Below, piece after piece: positions 19,077 through 27,584 of a stretch of DNA of 64,000 nt. Position 1 is the first letter of the stretch. Every line of letters begins with the position of its first letter. The translations under genes were made by a program, and so were the position numbers. A model generated the notes under the pieces. It made no database searches and was not told the origin of the DNA. It saw only the letters and a list, made by a program, of their open reading frames with translations. Location of the stretch: assembly GCA_965205975.1 (NCBI GenBank), contig OZ242195.1, forward strand, positions 3,232,001 through 3,296,000, in the 5' to 3' direction. This stretch comes from Candidatus Latescibacterota bacterium (GTDB lineage: Bacteria; Latescibacterota; UBA2968).

Positions 19077-22000
19077 TTAGAATCTCATCCGCAAACCAAA
19101 GTGGAACTCGCGAGGTGAATCCTGATACCGCAGATAATCACCCACATCGCCGTATTCGATATATTCGGGGTTGTCCGGCAATGGCGTGTAAATCACACCC
19201 CATTCCACGTATTCAGACCCCACTTCCACCAGCTGGTTATCCACGCGATACCAGATATGCGGATCTTTCTGGTTGAAGAGATTAAAGGCTTCGAAGAAAG
19301 CCGTCACACTCGCGCGCCTGTTGAACTTAAAGGTCTTCTCAAAGTTGAGATCTGTGCGCGTGTGAATCGGACCATTGTAGAAGCCTTCGCCGCCTCTTTC
19401 CGGCGGAGAATAGAAAAACCTGCGCCCCGTGAACAGGCGATACACCATATTCAGACGCAAATTTTCAAACGGGTTGAAGCCCACAAACCGCGGACCAAAC
19501 TTGTCGGGCGACGTAAACATAAAGGTCACCGTGCCAAAGTTGGTTCGGTTCAAATTGGCGGGCCGAAACTCCTGAGACTGGTTGAGGCGCTGCAACCAGG
19601 TCGAGGCGCCTTTGCCATCCCAGTTGAGCAGGCTGTTTTCCGGATCCAGCGACCAGTTGTTGCGCCCAGCAGCATCTTCGACCAGTTCGAGATGATTGCG
19701 CGCCTGACTGCCAAAAGCCTGTGCCCGCGTAAAGCGCGTAATACCATCCATGGGCCGCGGGAACTCCTCGCCCGTATCGCTGCCATTGACAATACCCGGA
19801 CCAGCGACACCTTCGTCGGTAAGAAAATCGCCGTCGCCATTGGAATCGTGCGTCCACTCATACCAGTAATGCGACAAAAAGTTGCCATCGTTGTCGATAT
19901 AGCCGGCATAGTTCCCAAAGTTCGACGGATTCTTGGTCGCCAGCCTGTCTGGATTGATATAGTGCGACCCGCGAACACCCGAGTTGCCATTTTCAACCCA
20001 CTGCACATTGTAGGCAATCGTAAACGCCGTCATGTAGTTGAATTTCTTTTTAACCGACAACTCAAAGCCGCGCGTGTCGCGGTTATTCGTCTGCCCCGAT
20101 GACTGCACGGATCGGTTGTGCTGCAAACCCTGAGACTGCATCCCGTAAACGCCACCGCTGCGGCGGAAGACCTGCTGCTTGTAATACGCCGTTATACCCG
20201 CCGTGTAATCCGTGATGAAGTTCCAGTCTGCACCCACTTCAAAACTCGTGGTTATCAGCGGCCTGATATTGGGCCAGCCCCACTGCCCCGCATCCACGAC
20301 ATCCTGTGTGTTGTACAGCTCGGACTCGTCGATTCGACCATTCTTGTTCACATCCAGAAAATCCTCTTCGGTGCGGTAGCTGTGTGAGAAAATCCACCAG
20401 AACTGCTCAATTTGTTCAAACTTGCCAAAGGTGAAGTGCATCGCGCTGCTCTCCGTAATCGGATGCGACACACCCACGCGCGGCGACAAGACGTGAATTG
20501 ATCCCGGACGATAGGTCGGAATGCCCTCGACCTTTGTCGGATCGTGATATTTGTAAAATGGGATAAAATACGCTGACTGTGGCATCTCGGTATTCGGGCT
20601 CCAGCGCAAACCGCGCAAGCCCACATTCACCACAATCCCCTCAAACTCCATTTTATCCTGGAAATATATGGCGTATTGACGCGGCACCACGCCGACATTG
20701 GGATTGTTGAACTGGCTGTAGTACCGATTGATCAAACCCCTGAAGTCGTTCTTGTTGCGCGAGAAACCCCAGTTGTCGTAGAACAAAAAGTCAATACCCG
20801 TTTTGATGAAGTGTCCCTTGGTCACCTGGCTCGAATAATCGACCTTGAGCTGGTAGCGGTCACGCTCTGAATTTGTCCAGTTCACCACCGGGCGGCCAAT
20901 GTAAAACCAACCAGACTCATTGCCAATACCCGGCTCGACATAAGGCTGATCTGTATTGAAGGGCAGTTCCGTATTTACCTCAGATGTACGAGAATACGAG
21001 AACCGGATTTCGTAAAATGTGCGCGCCGACAGCGTATGCGTCAAAGACGCGTAATTCATAAAATCGCGCGTGCGCAACTTGCCCGCCCCCGAGTATTCCG
21101 CAGGCACAAAGAGGTTGCGACCAGAAGAGTTCATATTCTTGCGCGAACCCTGTTCAATGCGCCGAATAACGCCCGCATTGTACCGAGAACGCTGATTGAA
21201 TATAGACCCATAGTTAAATCTGATGTTGTTACTCGGGCGATACGTCAACTTTAAGTTCGTGCGATTGTTAGGCAGTGATACCGCCGTGGGCGCGGGCAAA
21301 GACGAGGGATTGCGATTTACCGAAGACGTCAGCGTGAAGCCCAGTTTCCTCATAATCGGGCCGCCCAGCATTGCTTCGCCACGACCACCCCACACGCCCG
21401 TGTAATCCTGACGCACGTGAACCTTGCGCTGAACATCGTCGGTGGCAAACTGAGGATCCGTTATCTCGCCCGTCTGATTGTCGTGCCCCAATATCCCATC
21501 GGAACCCGGATACCACGCTTGCAAGTTTTCCCACTCGGGATTGCCCCACTGCATCCTGCCGCGATGCACGGGCGACTCATACACATTGTTGCCCCAGTGC
21601 TTTTGTCCGGGAGGCGTAATGCGATATTCGCCCCTGCCCGTGTATCTCTGACCGCCCTCTTTGGTCACCACCGAAACCACAGAACCCGCATTGCCGTACT
21701 CCGCATTCATCCCGCCACTCAACACCGTCAGTTCTTGCACGGCACTCGTGTTCACACCCTGAAACCGCGTAAATCCGGCACGCGCATCGTTATTCACCAC
21801 GCGCACCCCATCGACCATATACGCCGTCTCCCAGAAGTTGCCACCGCGAACACTCTCCTCTTCATCCGGGGTCACGCCCGCCTGCAACTCCACAAAGTCC
21901 GACATCTCGCGAACGATCGGCAGTGACTCAATCTCTTCTGCCGTAATAACGGATTTACTCTCCGTCTTGTCGTGCTCCACTGCCGGACGCTCGGCAACGA

Positions 22001-22355
22001 CGATCATCTCGCCCAATTGGAGCGCTTCTTCCTGCATCTCAAAGTTCACCGTCGTGGTATGGTCAACATTGACGATCACACCTGTGCGAACAGACTTTGA
22101 ATACCCCATCATAACGACTTCAACATCATAGGTCCCCGGAGGTATATTGATGATAAAGTATTCACCCTCTTCATCGGTGATCCCGGCGCGTTTCACGCCA
22201 TCGATATCGATCACCACATTGGCACCCGGCAGCGGATCACCTGTAATCTCAGTGACCAGTCCACTGATTTTACCCGTTGTGGCCGCTTCTGCCAATCCGG
22301 TGCTGATCACCAGGGCGACCAGCAGACCCAGACAACACAATAATCGCTTGCTCAT
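19077..22355 (-). CDS. TonB-dependent receptor with N-terminal carboxypeptidase-regulatory-like domain
   Basis: GKISGLV...PLPGANV; plug VRGG...YMVDG, GGMNAEYGNA; C-terminal FNLFN...PREFHFGLRMRF. Confidence 0.9.
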   Translation of the reverse strand: MSKRLLCCLGLLVALVISTGLAEAATTGKISGLVTEITGDPLPGANVVIDIDGVKRAGITDEEGEYFIINIPPGTYDVEVVMMGYSKSVRTGVIVNVDHTTTVNFEMQEEALQLGEMIVVAERPAVEHDKTESKSVITAEEIESLPIVREMSDFVELQAGVTPDEEESVRGGNFWETAYMVDGVRVVNNDARAGFTRFQGVNTSAVQELTVLSGGMNAEYGNAGSVVSVVTKEGGQRYTGRGEYRITPPGQKHWGNNVYESPVHRGRMQWGNPEWENLQAWYPGSDGILGHDNQTGEITDPQFATDDVQRKVHVRQDYTGVWGGRGEAMLGGPIMRKLGFTLTSSVNRNPSSLPAPTAVSLPNNRTNLKLTYRPSNNIRFNYGSIFNQRSRYNAGVIRRIEQGSRKNMNSSGRNLFVPAEYSGAGKLRTRDFMNYASLTHTLSARTFYEIRFSYSRTSEVNTELPFNTDQPYVEPGIGNESGWFYIGRPVVNWTNSERDRYQLKVDYSSQVTKGHFIKTGIDFLFYDNWGFSRNKNDFRGLINRYYSQFNNPNVGVVPRQYAIYFQDKMEFEGIVVNVGLRGLRWSPNTEMPQSAYFIPFYKYHDPTKVEGIPTYRPGSIHVLSPRVGVSHPITESSAMHFTFGKFEQIEQFWWIFSHSYRTEEDFLDVNKNGRIDESELYNTQDVVDAGQWGWPNIRPLITTSFEVGADWNFITDYTAGITAYYKQQVFRRSGGVYGMQSQGLQHNRSVQSSGQTNNRDTRGFELSVKKKFNYMTAFTIAYNVQWVENGNSGVRGSHYINPDRLATKNPSNFGNYAGYIDNDGNFLSHYWYEWTHDSNGDGDFLTDEGVAGPGIVNGSDTGEEFPRPMDGITRFTRAQAFGSQARNHLELVEDAAGRNNWSLDPENSLLNWDGKGASTWLQRLNQSQEFRPANLNRTNFGTVTFMFTSPDKFGPRFVGFNPFENLRLNMVYRLFTGRRFFYSPPERGGEGFYNGPIHTRTDLNFEKTFKFNRRASVTAFFEAFNLFNQKDPHIWYRVDNQLVEVGSEYVEWGVIYTPLPDNPEYIEYGDVGDYLRYQDSPREFHFGLRMRF

Positions 22356-22392
22356 TTACGACCCTCCATAAAAAATGGTGAGTGAATCTCTT

Positions 22393-23211
22393 TTACTCAA
22401 AATAATATTTAAAACTCACACCAGCATCCACTGTCCCGATCGGAAACGCCTTGTTCATTCCCCAGGCGGTCAATGGATTGATCTCGCCAAAAATGAGATT
22501 GTAGCGCACGCGAAAATCAAGCCCATAAGAAGCACCCAGCGATCCCTCAAAACCCGCACTGATGGGAATTGTCCACGCTGTCCGCGTATCCTCTGTGGGC
22601 ACCAACCCGTGCAATAACACCTGACCATTGTCAATTATGCCGATGTTATCCCTCTGAGCTTCGGTCAGATTCTTGGTATCCAGGGAAGAGTTCGGATTGC
22701 CCGGATACACCAGCGATATCTGCACACCGCCGCGATCCACCTCTTCTGGAATATCGCGATTGATCGGGGCAATCAAGCCACGCACCTTGTGGCTATAATC
22801 GTAAAACCCAAGGCCCAAGCCCAGATAAGGCGACCACTTGCGGTCGGACATGGTCTCGGCATTTTCCCTGAAAAACCACAGCCAGTTCGAAGCCACGCTA
22901 TTCCAGATCATCTCTGAATCGGCTTCAGGACTCGGGACCTGACGATCTTTGTATTCGAACGTGCGCCCGGGAAGATTTGAATTGCGGAACTTAGAGTAGT
23001 GATACTCCACCTCTGTGGTCAAACGCGGAGAAATCACATAACTCACATTCAAGCCGTACTTCAAATCACCAGCATACCAGCCGCTCAAAGGACCCGTTGG
23101 CTGGTGATAGTTCACCAATCCGCCAATAGCCCACAGGTCTGCATCGCGGGCATCTGCGGAAGATACAGCAAATAGAAAAACCCCGGCGTACAAACTCAGA
23201 AATCTTTTCAA
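22393..23211 (-). CDS. Outer-membrane beta-barrel protein (OmpA-like membrane domain)
   Basis: TTG start after GGAGG; signal peptide; PYLGLGLGFY and terminal AGVSFKYYF strands. Confidence 0.7.
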   Translation of the reverse strand: MKRFLSLYAGVFLFAVSSADARDADLWAIGGLVNYHQPTGPLSGWYAGDLKYGLNVSYVISPRLTTEVEYHYSKFRNSNLPGRTFEYKDRQVPSPEADSEMIWNSVASNWLWFFRENAETMSDRKWSPYLGLGLGFYDYSHKVRGLIAPINRDIPEEVDRGGVQISLVYPGNPNSSLDTKNLTEAQRDNIGIIDNGQVLLHGLVPTEDTRTAWTIPISAGFEGSLGASYGLDFRVRYNLIFGEINPLTAWGMNKAFPIGTVDAGVSFKYYFE

Positions 23212-23265
23212 AAGTGCCTCCTTGGGTTTGGGGTGAGCAAAAAAATGCCTCTTTTTTATTTCTAT

Positions 23266-23304
23266 GGAACACGAGTGCTGACCTCGTGGTCTAATCCTGC
23301 GAAA
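23266..23304 (+). promoter_or_regulatory. ECF-type promoter-like motif (GGAAC-N18-GTCTAA), copy of 33395-33433
   Basis: 35/39 identical to the sequence upstream of the ECF sigma gene; antisense to the OM operon. Confidence 0.5.
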
Positions 23305-23368
23305 TAGAGCATAGACAAATCAGCGCATAAACAGTACAACTGGTTTCGGGTAAACAAAAAGAGGGGAC

Positions 23369-23397
23369 AGTATAATGCCGAATAATCGGCAAGACAA
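23369..23397 (-). promoter_or_regulatory. Sigma70-type promoter of the OM operon with a palindromic spacer
   Basis: TTGTCT-N17-TATACT; the spacer contains TGCCGA-TTAT-TCGGCA. Confidence 0.6.
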
Positions 23398-23750
23398 GCG
23401 TTTTCTACAGCACGTACCAAGACAAATTATTCTTCCAAGAAAGCATTCAAGACCGGGTTGAAAATTGAGATTATCTTGCGTTGTTGCATGCAAAAAATAA
23501 GCTCAACAGATACAGTTTTGCATATATCTCATTAAAAAACAATGTTTTACGAAAAAAATATATTCAAAAAACTTATTGAATAAAACGTTCAAAATAAGAA
23601 CTTCTAAATTGCTATATTAAAGCGTAAGCAAATAGAAATAAAAGAGTTAAAATAACCTTGTCAACGAAAAGTTTGTTAAAATTTGTAACAGGGCAATTAT
23701 TTTGATTTTATAGGACTTACCGATCTTTAAAAAATGACAAGCAAAACCTT

Positions 23751-23836
23751 CTGGATCGCGCGGAACGGCACAGGGGCCGTCCCCTACAACACCTTGCCGC
23801 GATGACGGACACGGGCGAGGCATGCCTCGCCCCTAC
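23751..23836. repeat. Nested family-2 and REP cluster
   Basis: Family-2 arms interrupted by GAACGGCACAGGGGCCGTCCCCTAC, followed by GGGCGAGGCATGCCTCGCCCCTAC. Confidence 0.8.
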
Positions 23837-23850
23837 ATTGATGTGTAAGG

Positions 23851-24846
23851 TCAACGCATTTTTAACATCCGATTGATCTCTGCCCCATTCAACTTTCTTT
23901 CAAAACGCGGACCGTATTTGGCGACAACGCGCGAGGAAACATAAGTCGCGAGCCTCGCGGCCTGAGCCGCGTCATACCCCCGGGTCACGGCAAACAAATA
24001 CGCCCCGGCAAAAGAATCCCCCGCGCCATTGGTATCCACAGCATCTACCACAAAACCCGGCGCGTGAAATACATCACCACCATCGCAGACCCGGGCACCG
24101 TCTGCACCATACGTCAGAGCCAAACCACCTACGCGATGGCGCAACGCATCAAAAGCCTCTTCCGTTGTCTCGGCACCTGTAAATATCCTGCCCTCATCCT
24201 CATTGCAAAACAGCATATCCACGCCCGCATCGACCAATGCCGTCATTCTATCCTTAAAAGCAGCCACAATAGACGGATCGCTCAGGGTAAGCGCGACCTT
24301 TGTACCGTGCGCCTGCGCCACCTTTTGCGCCGCCTGTGCCGCTTCAAAGCCATCATCTGCCGCAATTAGATAACCCTCAATATAAATATACTGGCTGTCG
24401 GCAATCACACCATCCTCAACCTGCGCCACACCAAACGTACTCGTAATCCCCAAAAATGTATTCATCGTGCGATCTGCATCCTCCGTAATCATCACCAGAC
24501 ACTTGCCCGTAACCCCTTCCCCGCGATGTGGCGGATTGCACGCCACCCCCGCAGCACTGAGGTCGCGAAGATAAAACTCGCCATCCGTATCCTCAGCCAC
24601 CTTGCATCCGTAATATCCTTGTCCACCACAATTGGCCAACGCGATCATCGTATTGGCCGCCGAACCGCCCGATGAACGCGCCATCTCTTTCCCGCCCAAA
24701 GCATCGATCAACGCGCGCTGGCGATCTCCGTCAATCAACGTCATCACACCCTTGTCAATCCCCATCGCCTCAAAAAACGACGGATCAACCCGAAACTGAA
24801 TATCCACCAGCGCATTGCCCAGTCCATACACATCGTATTGACGCAT
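23851..24846 (-). CDS. Adenosine kinase-like PfkB-family kinase
   Basis: GLGNALVD, SGGSAANT, RTMNTFLG, DTNGAGD. Confidence 0.9.
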   Translation of the reverse strand: MRQYDVYGLGNALVDIQFRVDPSFFEAMGIDKGVMTLIDGDRQRALIDALGGKEMARSSGGSAANTMIALANCGGQGYYGCKVAEDTDGEFYLRDLSAAGVACNPPHRGEGVTGKCLVMITEDADRTMNTFLGITSTFGVAQVEDGVIADSQYIYIEGYLIAADDGFEAAQAAQKVAQAHGTKVALTLSDPSIVAAFKDRMTALVDAGVDMLFCNEDEGRIFTGAETTEEAFDALRHRVGGLALTYGADGARVCDGGDVFHAPGFVVDAVDTNGAGDSFAGAYLFAVTRGYDAAQAARLATYVSSRVVAKYGPRFERKLNGAEINRMLKMR

Positions 24847-25039
24847 AAAATCTCCTCAAAGAATCAACGAACCCCGCTCCGACACCCCCCAAAATGCAAC
24901 CACCGATGAACACGGATTAACACAGATGGAAAGGCGCGATCAGCGGAATGGTGTTATCAGCGCATGCCGCGCACATCAAATAAAAAACTCTATATGTCGT
25001 TATCCCACAATATTAAAATTATAGTGGTCAACAGGCAGC

Positions 25040-25065
25040 GGGCGACCACAGGGGGTCGCCCCTAC
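25040..25065. repeat. REP (family 1)
   Basis: gggcgaccacagggggtcgcccctac. Confidence 0.85.
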
Positions 25066-25077
25066 AAACCACAATAT

Positions 25078-26388
25078 CTATGGATGCAACCTGTTGGGCG
25101 TGCGGGACAAAAAGGTCGTCTCGCGCACAGAGGACAAGTCGAGCATAACCATGAGCAGGCGCGACAGGCCAAAACCAAATCCCCCGTGCGGAGGACATCC
25201 GTACTTAAAAAAATCGAGATAAAACTGGATAACCTCTAAATCCAGCCCCTTCTCTCTCGCCTGCGTCCTCAGAACATCGGGACGGTGTTCGCGTTGCGCC
25301 CCTGTGGTAATTTCCACACCGCGATAGAGCAGGTCAAAACTCCTGGTCAACTCAGGATATTCTGGATGACGCATATGGTAAAATGGCCGCACAGACACCG
25401 GGTAGTCTATCACAAAGACATAATCGCATCCCCGGGTCTTGCGGATATATTCACCCAGCAGACGCTCGCCCTTTGGATCGAGATCGCCTTCCCGCTCTGG
25501 CGCGTGGCCCTGTTCGGACAACACCGCCAATGCCTCGGCCATCGCGATCCGCGGAAAAGGCAGCGCTGGCACCGCGAGTTCAACATCGTAATTTTCGGCA
25601 ATCGCGTCACCGTATGTCTTTCCCGCACAGCATAAATGACATGCTGGAGCCATTGCTTCTTCAAATGCCATCACATCCTCGTGACTATCAATCCATGCGA
25701 TCTCGACATCCACACTGGTAAACTCCGTCGTATGGCGCGAAGTAAATGAGGGATCGGCGCGAAAAACGGGCGCAATCTCAAACACGCGATCAAAACCAGA
25801 CGCCATCGCCATCTGTTTGTAAAACTGGGGCGATTGCGCCAGATAGGCCGTAGAATTGAAATACGGCAGCGCAAACAACTCAGCCCCCGATTCACTGGCA
25901 GTACCCATCAGTTTTGGGGAGTGGATTTCGATAAAATGATTCCGCATCCAGTACTCGCGCATCGCCATTTCAACAGCAGTCTGTATCTCAAAAATCAACC
26001 GATTGCTCGGAACGCGAAGATCGAGATGTCGCCAATCCAGCCGATGATCTATACCCGATACATTTTCGGAAAACGGATCCAGAGGCAACGGCGATTCAGC
26101 TACATTGACGACACTCAGGCCCTCAAGCTGAATCTCAACACCCCCCAGACGAACACTGGGATTTTCTACAACACGTCCACTTATGGATATCGCCGATTCT
26201 CGCGTAAGAGCCGAAACCCGCTCAGCCAACGCCCCTGTCTTTTCGTGAACAACCTGTACACTTCCCGTGCGATTTCTCAAAATGAGAAACTGGACATGCT
26301 TTTGGTCGCGCAGGGCATGCACCCATCCCTGAAGGGTAACGGTTTGGCCGATATATTTGGACAGTTCAGATATTGCAATGTATTTCAT
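25078..26388 (-). CDS. aspS: Aspartate-tRNA(Asp/Asn) ligase, archaeal-type (no GAD insert), probably non-discriminating
   Basis: 436 aa; OB-fold GWVHALRD; LAQSPQFYKQM, motif 2 FRAD...RHTTEF, motif 3 PPHGGFGFGLSRL. Confidence 0.93.
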   Translation of the reverse strand: MKYIAISELSKYIGQTVTLQGWVHALRDQKHVQFLILRNRTGSVQVVHEKTGALAERVSALTRESAISISGRVVENPSVRLGGVEIQLEGLSVVNVAESPLPLDPFSENVSGIDHRLDWRHLDLRVPSNRLIFEIQTAVEMAMREYWMRNHFIEIHSPKLMGTASESGAELFALPYFNSTAYLAQSPQFYKQMAMASGFDRVFEIAPVFRADPSFTSRHTTEFTSVDVEIAWIDSHEDVMAFEEAMAPACHLCCAGKTYGDAIAENYDVELAVPALPFPRIAMAEALAVLSEQGHAPEREGDLDPKGERLLGEYIRKTRGCDYVFVIDYPVSVRPFYHMRHPEYPELTRSFDLLYRGVEITTGAQREHRPDVLRTQAREKGLDLEVIQFYLDFFKYGCPPHGGFGFGLSRLLMVMLDLSSVRETTFLSRTPNRLHP

Positions 26389-26421
26389 GACAGACTCCTT
26401 TTATTTCAGGTAATGTGGAAC

Positions 26422-26485
26422 AGATGCTTCGACTCCGTTTCACTCCGCTCAGCATGACAAACACCCAGACCTGCGTAACGTCAGT
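26422..26485. repeat. Family-3 half element
   Basis: AGATGCTTCGACTCC...GCTCAGCATGAC...TGCGTAACGTCAGT. Confidence 0.8.
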
Positions 26486-26492
26486 CAGGTAC

Positions 26493-26528
26493 AAAAAAAG
26501 CCCGTTGTCGAAAAATACGACAACGGGC
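26493..26528 (-). terminator. Attenuator terminator upstream of aspS
   Basis: Perfect 11-bp stem GCCCGTTGTCG / CGACAACGGGC followed by U7. Confidence 0.88.
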
Positions 26529-26557
26529 ACTATACTCTAATACTGGCACAAAACGAC

Positions 26558-26647
26558 CTATGCCGGTCCAGCCCGTCGCCGGATCGGATTATTATCGTCA
26601 TTATTATTGCCAGTAAACTGAGCGATTTGGAAATAGCGTATATGCAT
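26558..26647 (-). CDS. aspS leader peptide, Asn/Asp-rich (29 aa)
   Basis: MHIRYFQIAQFTGNNNDDNNPIRRRAGPA*; in-frame alternative ATG at 26656; contains the antiterminator strand at 26571-26581. Confidence 0.8.
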   Translation of the reverse strand: MHIRYFQIAQFTGNNNDDNNPIRRRAGPA

Positions 26648-26702
26648 GGTATTCATCCAAAAAATTATTAGATATTGGGGTGGCTTGGTGGGGTTCGTCT
26701 AT

Positions 26703-26764
26703 GAACTGGCCTGAGAAGCGACCAGTTGTACCCCGCTCCGTCTATTCGTCTATTCGTCTATTCG
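26703..26764. repeat. Family-4 insert inside a GTCTATTC 8-mer array
   Basis: gttcgtctat[gaactggc...ccagttgtaccccgctc]cgtctattcgtctattcg. Confidence 0.75.
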
Positions 26765-26771
26765 TGATTTT

Positions 26772-27506
26772 TTAAACTTTTCTCCCGCCAAAAACAGCGA
26801 GTTCAAACAGCTTGAAATAACAATCTACATCTGAAAAACCAATAGCTCTGAGCCATTCGCATTGATCTTCAACAGACGCGAGAATATTCGCCTGTTTATC
26901 ATCGCGATAATAATAAGCCCGCGCGATTTCATCGCGAGATGCATTTGGATCTCGCTGCGTCACAGAATCGTAAAGCGCGTCAATAAAGCGATCTGCAAAA
27001 CGCGACTCAACCCACTTCGACGGAGAGCGGACATGCTCGACATTGACAAACACGCCATTGGGAGACAGCAGATCAAAAATCTCGCCATAAACCTCGCGCT
27101 TGCGTTCATCGCTCTGATGATGAATTGAAAAACCCGATACAATCGCATCATAAGGCGCGTCATCTGCAACCAGACTGAGCCAATCGGACGTCGCATAATC
27201 CCCAATAACAAAACGATGCTGTGACGCCGTTCCCCCAAACCGCTTCCGCGCAGCCTCAATCATAGCCTCAGAAAAATCCACAAACACACCGCGTGCATCC
27301 GGGTGGTATTCAATAACCGCAGCACCGAGTATGCCATCCCCACACCCCAGATCCAGAACAGTATTGACCCTGTGATCATCCGCATTGATCACCCGACACA
27401 TAACGGCAATCTGCTCATCGGACAGCGGAATTGCCTGCCGAATATTTTTCAAATATTTCTGCGCCAGATCCCGCGCCTGCCAGGCAGTGTCTTTGCGTTT
27501 GCTCAT
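26772..27506 (-). CDS. Class I SAM-dependent methyltransferase
   Basis: VLDLGCGDG, VDFS, YDAIVSGFSIHH. Confidence 0.9.
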   Translation of the reverse strand: MSKRKDTAWQARDLAQKYLKNIRQAIPLSDEQIAVMCRVINADDHRVNTVLDLGCGDGILGAAVIEYHPDARGVFVDFSEAMIEAARKRFGGTASQHRFVIGDYATSDWLSLVADDAPYDAIVSGFSIHHQSDERKREVYGEIFDLLSPNGVFVNVEHVRSPSKWVESRFADRFIDALYDSVTQRDPNASRDEIARAYYYRDDKQANILASVEDQCEWLRAIGFSDVDCYFKLFELAVFGGRKV

Positions 27507-27535
27507 ATCAAGTAGTTATGGTAAAACAAAATAAC

Positions 27536-27559
27536 GGGCGAGGCATGCCTCGCCCCTAC
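27536..27559. repeat. REP (family 1)
   Basis: gggcgaggcatgcctcgcccctac. Confidence 0.85.
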
Positions 27560-27584
27560 AGTTGTTCACACTTCCCCAGCCTGT

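Noticed and set aside
23400..23750. Hidden gene or RNA in the AT-rich intergenic region
   Set aside because: No credible ORF or stable structure seen; treated as promoter region.
26676..26740. Group II intron domain V/VI remnant
   Set aside because: No AGC/CGC triad hairpin or RT gene; explained by nested short repeats.
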